DNA of 64,000 nucleotides from Oculina patagonica (Eukaryota): NCBI RefSeq assembly GCF_052425735.1, contig NC_135768.1, positions 7,440,001 to 7,504,000 of the forward strand, read 5' to 3'. Shown piece by piece: positions 51,001 to 61,627 of this stretch (position 1 is its first letter; each line of letters starts with the position of its first letter). The notes under the pieces were generated by a model. It saw only the letters and a program-made list of their open reading frames with translations, ran no database searches and was not told where the DNA came from. The position numbers and the translations under genes were made by a program.

Positions 51001-52779
51001 TTCGGCCCTTGCGTTAAAAAGCCACCACAAATCTTAAAGCTTATTTTTTCTCCAGATCGAGCAAAACCAGTCGGTTTGAAACTTGTAAAGTACAGTTTAG
51101 GCCTTTTTGGAACAATGCCAACACGTGGATTCATCCTAATGTTCACTCCGGGTTCAAAAGAAGCGAATAAGAAGGTGTCACATGGGCACTGAAAAAGAAT
51201 ATTTTCGGCCCTTCCGTTAAAATACAATCACGTATCTTAAAGCTTGTTTTCTCTCCGATCCAGATCCAGCAGAACCAGTCAGTTAGAAACTTAAAACGTA
51301 CACTGTGGGCGTTTTGAAAAACGCGAACACGAGGATTCAGCCTTATGTTGACTCTAGGTTGAAGAGAACCGAATAAGAAAGTGTCACATGAGCTACTGAG
51401 AACGAAGATTTTCTGCCCTTGGGTTGAAAAACTTAACGTAATCTTAAAGCTTATTTTCTCTCCAGATTGCGCAAAACCAGCCAGTACAAAACGTCAAGTT
51501 TAGTAAAATGCGATTTTTTATCATGTTTATCACCGCTGTTTGTGTTATATTTTTCATCAAGTTACGATGGCCTAAAACCAAGAGTCTAATTGAAAGGTAC
51601 AGTTTGGGCCTTTTAGGAAAAATGCCAACACGTGGATTCAGCCTAATGTACACTCCGGGTTAAAAAGAACCTAATAAAGAAATGTCACGATCGAGGCACT
51701 ATTTCAAGTTTTAAAAAAACATTGAAACGTAAATTAATTGTAGAGTTTTTAAATTTGTGATGATCCAAATTAGAATGTTATATTATTAATTTTAGTTTAT
51801 TAGTATTTAATTGTAGTATTGTACCATATTGTCTTCGAAAAGCCCCCATGGGAAAAGATAATAAAGGCTGTATGTATGTATGCAGTAAAAACGAAGATAT
51901 TCGGTCCTTGTGTTGAAATACCACCACGTATCTTTAAGCTTATTTTCTCTCCAGATCCAGCAGAAACAGCCAGTTTGAAACTTGAAACAAACAGTTTGGG
52001 CCATTTTGAAAAAATGACAACACGGGATTCACCCTAATGTTGACTCCATGTTCAAAAGAACCGAATAAGAAAGTGCCACATGAAGCACTGAAAACGAAGA
52101 TTTTCGGCCATGGTGTTGAAATACCACCACGTATCTTTAAGCTTATTTTCTCTCCAGATCCAGCAAAACCAGTCAGTTTGAAACTTGAAATGTACAGCCG
52201 GTTTTGTTCTTTTGGAAAAAATGCCAAGACGTGGACTCAGCTTAATGTTCTCTCCGAGCTAAACCGATAAGAAATGGTCACACGAGGCACTGAAAACTAA
52301 GATTTTCGGCCCTTGCGTTGAAATACCACCGAGTATCTTAAAGCTTATTTCTCTCCAGATTTAGCTAAACCAGCCAGTTTGAAATTTGAAACGTACAGCT
52401 TAGGCCTTTTTTGAAAAGTGCCACCACGTGGATTCAGCCTTATGTCTACTCCAGGTTCAAAAGAATCGAATAACAAAGTTTCACATGAGGCACTACAAAC
52501 GAAGATTTTCGGCCCCTCCGTTGAAATACCACCCTCTATCTTAAAGCTTGGCTTCTCTCCAGATCCAGTAAAACCGGCCAGTTTGAAACTTGAAATGCGC
52601 AGTTTGGTCCTTTTTGGAAAAATGCCAACACGTGGATTCAGCGTAATGTTCACTTCAGGATCAAAACAACCGAATAAAAAAATGTCACATGAGGCACTAG
52701 AAACGAAGATTTTCGGTGCCTGCGTTGAAATACCACTACGTATCTTAAAGCCAATTTTCTCTCCAGATCCAGCAGAATC
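48020..52779. repeat. 204-bp tandem satellite, ~22 diverged units
   Basis: Anchor gtgtcaca recurs at 48918, 49122, 49328, 49538, 49742, 49946, 50148 and 50352. Interrupted at ~51487-51590 and ~51700-51885. Confidence 0.92.
51700..51883 (+). mobile_element. LINE 3'-end fragment inside the satellite
   Basis: AT-rich 3' UTR-like sequence, gaaaagccccc..ggg stem, aataaa and (gtat)n tail. Confidence 0.5.
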
Positions 52780-52784
52780 AAAGA

Positions 52785-53292
52785 ATTAAGTGTTTTTTTA
52801 AGTGTTTTAAAGAAAATGGCCCACGCTATATCACCAATTTGTTCAAGCCCCGGGTCACGCCATACAATCTGAGAAGCAGCGGGCTAAACGTAGAACAATG
52901 CCCTTACAATAGTAGATTCCTCCACGGCTCGTATTCGTATATCATCTCCAGAATTTGGAATCAGTTACCGCCGGCAGCAAAAAATGTAGCAAACGTTCCG
53001 GCTTTTATCAATCATCTTAATACAACAAACTTTGGTGGCTGCCAATGCAGTTCTTGTTTTAAATGATTCTGTTATAGACATGTTGTATTTTTATCGTTTT
53101 TAACATTGTATTTTTAACGCATATTTTTAAGATTTTAATAGTATAATAATATTGTATTTTTTAATATATAGTTTTTAAATCTTTTTTAACATGTATGTCA
53201 AACACTTTTATCATGAGCCTCTGGCTCGGGAGACTGGGCAACCACTCCCCGTGCTTTTGACGTAAAATAAATTACCTTTACCTTTACCTTTT
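52785..53292 (+). mobile_element. L2/CR1-clade LINE 3' fragment
   Basis: GPRYITNLFKPRVTPYNLRS...SY...IWNQLP ORF2 end; 3' stem-loop, aataaa and (ttacct)n tail. Confidence 0.8.
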
Positions 53293-54030
53293 AGTAATTT
53301 CGAGCTACGTTTTTCGGTTAAAGTTGTGGACTTATGCAAGTTCCGTATAAACCGCATTAATTACACACCAGGCATGAAACCTGTTCGGAAACTGGCATTA
53401 ACGTGAACCGGCAATGTAATAACAAGCTTGTTTAGGTGGAACATGTTTCGCTAAATGTGAATAGAGCTTGAGTGAATTGCAATCTTTGACAAAAGCTTTT
53501 AATTCCCGTTATTTTCCAATTCTAGCTAAGCTTTTTACGTAGACATACGTCTGAACGTGGAAACATGCGCTTCGCTAAAGTTCCGGTGCATCTTGCGCCA
53601 TCAGTTACTTTCCATGCATGCAAGAACGGTAAATAAAATTGAAAATGCAGTTCGTGCGGCTCAGTGTTTCTCACATAAAAAATGACTATCTTCTAGCTTT
53701 AAGGTAGACATGGACTTAACATTATTTAACGTGCAAACACGCTCCCAGGTAAAGTTTCGGTGTATTTTACAAGATGCATAATTGTAAGAAGTAATTATGT
53801 TCAAGTATCTCGCTGGTAATCTTCTGCAGTTCTTCAAATTTTTCAAGTTTTACTCACTTGTAGATCATTTCAAATTTCGAAGGCGACAAAATTAAATAAT
53901 GGTTCACGAAGGAAATTTGAGGGTTATAAACACATCTAGGAGCCATATCCCACCCTACAAAGTGTAACAAGATTACTTCACGCTCCTTTCAACGCAATAT
54001 GAAAGAAGTCATTTTTCCCTTTTCCTACAG

Positions 54031-55272
54031 ATACCGCAGTGTTTGCCTGCATTAGCAAGCTATCTTCACGGCCAAGCCTCGCTGTTGCATCGTGTCAAAA
54101 GTGACCTTGAAAAAGTTAAGAATCAATTGCAACAGGCCACGGGTAAGTTTGAAGTTAAAGCATTTTCCCTGACAGCATATCAAGTCCATATTCGTAGCAC
54201 ACAATAAAGACTTCGTACTGTCCTTCGAAGCGAAAAAGAGAAAGAAAAAGAGAGCTTTGGCCAGTACCCTTTCTCTTCTGCTAAGTGTTGGGAAAAACTG
54301 GTGTTTAACATACCCAGGAGCCAAAACTTAGGAGTGTCCGTCTCTATTGTATGAGAGGCACAGAGTATTTACACCATAATGAGGCTTAAAGTAATTTTTA
54401 GAATGACTTTTTCCACGATACTCTGTTTCAATCTACCCCTTCACAATAAGGGTCGCCCTCCTCTCCTCCCCCCCAGCAAGGGAGATATGCACAACAGGTC
54501 GTGGTGTTGCCGCTCCAAAGATGTAATAAACGAAATGCAATCTGTTTGGCTACCAAAGCGCAAAAGCATAATGCTTAGGCAACAGAGCGATTACAAGAAA
54601 TACCCAATGTGTAAAGACGCTATTGCAGATGGAGGTTAATGGGCGGCAGGCTTTCACCCTGAATGCAATGGAAAAGCATTTTTTCCATGCCTCAGAAACA
54701 AGACGAAAGCGTCGGTGTGATGACTCGCCAAGCTTGCTCATTCGGCACATGGTAAAGGTAAAGCCTGCATATGAGCCAAGTGGCTTATCAGACCGGAGCT
54801 TATCCCGGTTTCTGTAGCATAAAGCGGCTAGGAGTATTTCTACTCCCCCCTGGATGGGATGCTAGTCCATCACAGGGTTACCCCCAGCAGTAAATTCGTC
54901 TGTACCCATTTATACACCTGGGTGGAGAGAGGCCAGGTCTCGAACCCGGATCGCTGGATCCGGTATCCGGCGCACTAACCATTAGGCCACCGGTACATGA
55001 GTTGTTCTGTTTTTTTTTTTTTATTAACGAATATCCTTTTCTTACTGACAGGTCAATGGCCCCCCGGTAATTACTGTATTCTGGCTAAAGGATCGTGCCC
55101 AGCCGGATTCACTCGTCACGCGGGCCACATGCGTGCTCTGAAGCAATTCTCACACACTCCCACATACATCACCCCGGCCACGTTTGGAGATAGCAGGATC
55201 CAGTGTCATGGGCCCTGCGGTCGGCACGGACAGTGGGTCGGAGAACTGTACATCACAGCTTGCTGTAAGTGA
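54031..55272 (+). pseudogene. ApeC-sub-repeat-like gene copy C: exons 2 and 3 intact, exon 1 deleted
   Basis: Exons 54031-54142 and 55052-55272 are open with canonical splice sites. The upstream region 46960-47690 matches the copy B promoter but skips B positions ~43603-43917, which contain the ATG/signal exon. Confidence 0.75.
54751..54992 (-). mobile_element. tRNA-derived SINE, duplicate of 45614-45900 with an internal deletion
   Basis: Same position in intron 2; deletion between gagaggc and ggccagg. Confidence 0.78.
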
Positions 55273-56267
55273 TGGAGGAATCACAGGAATCCCCTCATAC
55301 CACAGGCAGCCCCAACGTAGCGGTGTTACACAGGGGATGTTAGAAAACTAGGGCAACCCATATGCCAAATATCAATTTACAAGACTTGCTATGTATGGTA
55401 TCAGTGATATTTTAATAAATGGCATTACAAAATGATCGTGTTTACAATGCGTTTATTGCAGTACCTATTGCCAAATGTAGTCTTAGTTTGCTTTAGGTCT
55501 GTTTAAAGACGCTCTTAAGCTTTTTGGATAACCGACGCCACACTTTTTGAAGTAACTAACCCCATAGCACACTATATATAGATCTAATAATCTTGTTGCT
55601 CAGAAAAATAACATAAATAAACTACTTTAATATAACAACAATAACTTAATTTTGCGAAGGGACGCACTTTACAGTTAAAACTGATGAACATTGGCTCTCT
55701 CCTAGTTTAAAAGTTACTTATACCGCAATTATAGTATTGAAACCGGAAATCAGATGAAACAGAAAAAAAAACTAGACAAAAATTATATAATAATGTGGGC
55801 GTGATAGTGTAAAAATAACGAAATAGGAAAATCTCAGCCAGCATAACCTTCCTTAATATAATAACTGTTAACTGATAAGAATGGATTTTTAAGGCTGTAT
55901 TTCTATCTAATTGAAAATTACGGGGAAAAAATATTATTAACAAGAATAGGAACGCAAAACTAGGCAGGTCGGGGTGACATTTTTCAATACGAATGTCCTA
56001 AATGAAATGAGCCTGAGTTTGGAATAGTTCACTGTTTACACCAGAAGCCTATGCTATAGTTTTCTGTTTACGTATAAGAGACAGATTCCTTTGTCGTGAC
56101 GAATAATCCGTTTGTTTGCTCTTTTTGCACACAAAAGAATTATCAACAAACCAAAGTTGTTTGCACAACTTCGTCTCGGGAATATAAATTTTTCCAGCCT
56201 TTAATATAAATTGTTATTAAATGTCATGTTTTTTTTTTCGGGAAAGCCCTAGATTTTAAATTCTCAA

Positions 56268-56308
56268 TAAACTGAAGATGGCATGAGTCATGCCGAAACA
56301 TGTCTTTA
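56268..56308 (+). ncRNA. Minimal hammerhead motif of Penelope-like element type
   Basis: UAAA-CUGAAGA-U-GGCAUG(AGU)CAUGCC-GAAA-CAUG-UC-UUUA; palindromic stem III ACAUGU; GUC triplet. Confidence 0.7.
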
Positions 56309-56995
56309 AAAAGTTGTTTCGTGTTTTTAAAATTACTAATTTTACTAGTGCTAACAAGGAAATATGGAAACTTTACTTTATTTTTGCGATTTTACTGAGA
56401 GTAATATAAAGTGGATTGAATTAAAATGTTAAAATTCTCCTCTCGCGATACTACACTGCTCCGAACAGGGTAGTTTATACCAAATTTGAATACGTTTCAG
56501 GCACGCGGGAAAATTGTTTTCCGTCCGTCGGTATTCAAATTCAATATGCAGGTGTAAACAGTGTGCCTGAAGTTGTCATCTGTGGTAATATAAAAGTCAA
56601 TAAATATTGAGTATAGCTCACCAGAGAAAAAGAGTTCTTCGATCTATTCGTCCCTATTGCAACATAACAGTATGAGATGTAGCAAAAATAACATTCACCC
56701 ATTGTATTTTGTCGACGTTAGGGCCTTCTGTTATTGAATTAAGCATACTATTTCACTTCGTCGTAGCTAAAGTAGTTTGATTGTTTTTATTCTACTCGAA
56801 TACCTGTAAATGCACGTTTCATTTTTAGATGACTCACTTCCGGTAGTGCAGATCGCATATGTATGTATAGGATACTGTGAAGCTACGTGTCTTTGTTATA
56901 CGAGGCAGATTCTCAAAGAGCTTTTTCAGTGTCTTCTTTCACCGAAGCTCGATTTTCCGTTGATTGAAAAGCAGATTAGATCGACATTCACTAAG

Positions 56996-59051
56996 ATGAA
57001 GAGCTTGATAGCCTTGGTGTTCGTTTTATTTCTTGTCGCAAGAGACGTGCAGAGTAATGCCACGACTCCATCAACTTGCCAGGTAGGAAAAACGGATGAT
57101 TATATTACTCGTTTCGGTAATTTTGTTTATTTTTGGTGAATTTATTTCATAACGCTGATTATTTGACACAACATCTGAAAAACTGCAGGCTGAAAATAAC
57201 TAAATAATCTTCTCGTCATATTCCCCACAACATAGTTCTCCAATAGGTCGTTCAATAAGAAAAGTTACAAACAATACAATGCCAGTTGCTAGAATATTAG
57301 TTTCATACACAGATATCTATCGCTAGATATCTAGGCGACTTTATTCCCTGTCGAAGAGCATTAACCCACTCTTATCCTCTAAGTTGGATAGCAGCTCCTC
57401 TTATCAATTTTTTCGGGCCCTTACTTTATTTCATTAATTCGATTATTTAGACACCGACTACACAGCGTTCAGGAATCATAATATTTCCGTGCCATTCTAA
57501 AACTTCACTTTTTATTCTCCGATCAATGTTAAAAAGATAAGGTATCTCGACATGGCTATTGAGGTTCGTTTTGGCAAGCTGAGATTAGCCGACACATCGT
57601 TTCTGTTTGCCCAGAAATTCGACGTTCAGAAAACAACTCACCTGTGAACATGTTTTTGTCTTTCTTGCAACCTTGACTACTACTTTCCTTAATTAGAACC
57701 AAGGTTAACTTTGCCTTAAAATAGTCGTATTTTTTCTAGGTCCGATTGGTTAATCTTTGCTTGCCTTAGGAAGTCAGCTGCATACGCTTGGGATGTGCAT
57801 CCGAGTACTTTGGTTTTTAGCCACCTGGCTAAAGTTTGGCTGAGTCCCAAGCGTACCCTAAGATGGCATAAAAAGCTTGCATATTGTAGAAAGTAGTTAG
57901 TTGGCTATTTAGCTGTTTGCTGTTTGAAGAAAACCGTGAAGATTCTCGATACCTTCCGTGGTGTCTAAGCGAGTGCTCTTTTACAATTCAATTCTGAATT
58001 ACCTCTGGCTCCGTTCCACGTAACATTATAAACATTTTTCTTCCTTTTCAACAGAAGTCTGAGTGTTTACCAGTATTGGCAAGCTATCTTCAGATCCAAG
58101 CGTCGCTGTTGCAGAGCGTCAAAAGCGACCTTGAAGCAACTAAGCAACAATTGCAGCAGGCCATTGGTAAGTTTGTAAATTTTAAACTATTTTTTTCTCT
58201 GGCTTTACGTTAATAACAACCCCAACTACGACCCAAGGAGGGAAGCCTATAACTGAATGACAAGGATGTTTGTTCTGTAATTGGTGTAGAAATCATTTAG
58301 GATGCCCATTTTCATATCTCGGCAGTTAGCTGTCATACGTTACCAATCATAAAAGTGTTTTGCCTTTTGCGTGAGTCACGCTTACAATTTGTCTGAGTCG
58401 AAAGGCTTAAAAACGTGTTCTCGTAAAATCTTGGCCAAAACATTGTACTGTCACAGTGTTCTTTCCCTCCTGTATGTAAACATCGGCTTGATACGTCACC
58501 TACACTAAGTGACAAAAGTATTGACACATTGTCATTTTGGGCCCCATTTTAATGACATATGGAATAATTTCACTTGTTCCCGTCTCTTTCCCAACCCCCT
58601 CTCCTCCTATCAATGTTGTAGTTTGTTTTTGAAAACCCTATGCTGCAGTCATACAATATTAGATGGGGAGATGGGGTATTTTGTCGGAGTGTAATAAAAT
58701 TTGAAAACTAGTGCTTAATTTGCCATAAAAACTGCAATGCGAAGTCAATGTGTCAACTACTTTTGACAATGATTGAAGCTCGCGAGAATTAACTTTTTTA
58801 CCTAAACGAAGTAATATATTTTCCTTACAGGTCAATGGCCTCCTGGTCATTACTGTATTCTGGCTAAAGGAACGTGCCCAGCCGGATTCACTCGTCATTC
58901 GGGCCACATGCGTGCTCTGAAGGTGTGGTCACACACTCTCTCATACGTCCGTCCGGCCACGTTTGGAGATAGCAAGATCCAGTGCCATGGGCCCTGCGGT
59001 AAGTACGGACAGTGGGTCGGAGAACTGTACATCACAGCTTGCTGCAAGTGA
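56996..59051 (+). CDS. Small secreted ApeC-sub-repeat-like protein, copy D, 139 aa, with a different first exon
   Basis: Exons 56996-57082 (MKSLIALVFVLFLVARDVQSNATTPSTCQ), 58055-58166 (KSECLPVLASYLQIQASLLQSVKSDLEATKQQLQQAI) and 58831-59051 (GQWPPGHYCILAKGTCPAGF…ITACCK); AATAAA at ~59193. Confidence 0.8.
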
Positions 59052-59904
59052 TGGAGGAATCACAGGAATCCCTTCATACCACAGGCAGCCCCTACATAGC
59101 GGTGTTAGACAGAGGATTTAACAAAACTAGGGCAACCCATATGCCAAATATTAACTTACAAGACTTGCTATGTATGGCATCAGTGATATTTTAATAAAGA
59201 GCATGACAAAGTGATCCTGTTCAGAATGCGATTTTTGTAGTATCTATTGACCAATGTAATCTTAGTTTTCTTTGGGTCTCTTAAAAGTCGACGCTCTTAA
59301 GCTTTTTGGATAAACTTAACCACACTCACTGAAGTAACCAGCCCCATAGCATCCTATAGGTCTAATAAACTTGCTGCTCAGAAAAATAACAAATATATAG
59401 CAACAACTTTATTTGAAGGGAAGCACTTATTTACAGTTAAAGCTGTTGAACCTGTGGCCCTCTTCGAGGCTAGGTTAAAAGCTACTTATACTACAACTAT
59501 GTTATTAAAACCGGAAATCAGATGAAATAGAAAAAAAGAAACTAGACAAAAAAATACATTAGGATATTACACGGTGGCGAAAAAGATTATATGGAGACCA
59601 GATGTAGTTGATATTGCCTATTTTTATTTCATTGTTTTCGAATTATTGAGCTAGTTTTACAAATCACCGTTCGTCTTCGAAGAAATTAAAAGGCACCTAT
59701 GCCCAGGGTATAAAAACACTAACTGAATTCCAATCAAACAAAATACTTGTCAACGAAATAACTCATAAGAACTGAAAAAATCACTGACTTTGACTTGCTT
59801 GACTGCCGATAGTTTTCAACTGCTTTTCTCTTTTTATAATTTCTTTACAACATCTTGCACTTTGCGAAATTCCTAGTCCAGTCCCTGAACTCTCTCTTCC
59901 GCGC

Positions 59905-61245
59905 CAGACTCGTCCCCAGTCGTCTTTTGAGTCCGTCTTGAGTCGATTGCTCAACACGGAGGGAATCATGGGAAGGAAGAGAAGAAGCGAAGGAGACGAC
60001 TGGCAGATCGTGAGTCGAAAAGTGTGTTGAAAAGTCGAAAAGTGTGCACTGGCCGTTTTTCGGGTATATTTTTGGCTAGATACATTTAGGGTCCCTAATT
60101 CACGTACCAGGTAAAATTTCAGAGGTATTTGGCGGCTAGAAAGCTACTTTTAACGGCTTTTCTTTATCGCACTGAGAAAAAGCCAAGGAAGGTTTCAGGA
60201 CGGTAGAAGGCGGCTTCAATTGATTTACGAGAAGAAATATATTGCATCGCTCAAACATCACTTAGTTTTGTTCAACAGTTGTAGCGATTTGTGCTTTAAT
60301 ATCGGCTTGTACGCGTTTGCCGCTGATTTGAACCGCTCCAGGAAACCGCTCTAAATTGTCGCTAGCTATGTTGCTGTATGTTGACATCTACTGGATGGTA
60401 TACCAGCAGAAACATTGGAAACATTTGAATATTCGAAGAGAGGAAAAATCACAAGTATCATTTTGTAATCATTGCAAGGTATGGATCCCTATAATTCTGG
60501 ATTACAATGTTGATGTGTTTTCGTTTGTGAGTCAATAAAATTCTCTCTGCATGAGTTTAGAAATTACAACATGATCATGCTGCGAATGCCGTGACCATTT
60601 ATTCCCGTGTTTTATTCCATGAAAAAACCGAGTACCTTGTTTTCAGAATAAATTGGGCCAACAAAGCTTTAAACCATTTTGCTCAATTCATAAAACAAGG
60701 ATTTTTTCAGCTTTGACTGGAAATAAAAGTAACAACTGAAAACAGATTTAGCCGTGACCCCTTGACCCAAACATAACACTTTCAACAGGAAACTGTCAGA
60801 CATTAATATTTTTCAGTTTAAGTTTGACTTTCTCGCCAAAAAAGAAATGAAGAAAATTCTGTTGACGCTTACCGGTATTTCAATTAGACTGAAAGCGTTT
60901 TAGTTAAATTGAGGTCTCTATATTACCCTGGCCACGGCGGGAAAGATTAATTACACTGTAGTTGGGCAATCGTACGCGTCGAGTTGTGGGATGGGCGAAT
61001 ACTAGTCGTGTCATATGGATAAACAAAATTACCGATTGTTAGATATATCGTGGAAGAGCAGTTTGTGGCGTTTTAAAGCGCCCGAAAGCGTTCTAACTAA
61101 TAGTGCCTATTTTTATCTCAACACCGCCATTAATCCGTCCGCCATCTTGGAAACAGGATCTGCCAGTCGTCTCTCGCCTTTCCTCCTTCCCATCATCCTT
61201 CGCGTCTTGCAATTTTCGCATAAGAGACGACTGGGGACGAGTCAG
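59905..61245. mobile_element. Non-autonomous DNA transposon, 9-bp TSD
   Basis: TIR gactcgtccccagtcgtct / agacgactggggacgagtc plus inner IR gagacgactggcagatc; perfect TSD cttccgcgc at 59896-59904 and 61246-61254. Confidence 0.85.
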
Positions 61246-61627
61246 CTTCCGCGCGCCCTTTATAGGAGTTGAACCCTGGCGCGCAAAGAGTCCCTGCGGA
61301 GAATTCCCTTTCAAAACCATGAAATCGTCAAGGTTTCCACTATCGTGTTCTCGTTAAGTTTTTTCTTAAAATTTCAACAAACTCATTTTTTTGTCGCTTA
61401 AAACAAATTAAACCTGCTTGTCGATGCTTGCTATTAACAAACGACACAAGAAGCCAAGTTCCTTTAACAAAGGATCGAGAAAAGGCGCGAATCGTGAGGT
61501 CAAGGAGCGATATGCCACTCCCAAGTGTGACATACGGAAAATACGCCGCCGTCGTAATGCACCTAGTATATCAAGTCGGAACTTAAAATATAAAAATGTT
61601 TAAAACAGGTCTAAAAATATAAAAGGA

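Noticed and set aside
48020-52779. Satellite ORFs as a real repeat-protein gene or CRISPR array
   Set aside because: Frequent stops and frameshifts between units, no start/stop context, no spacers; kept only as a repeat.
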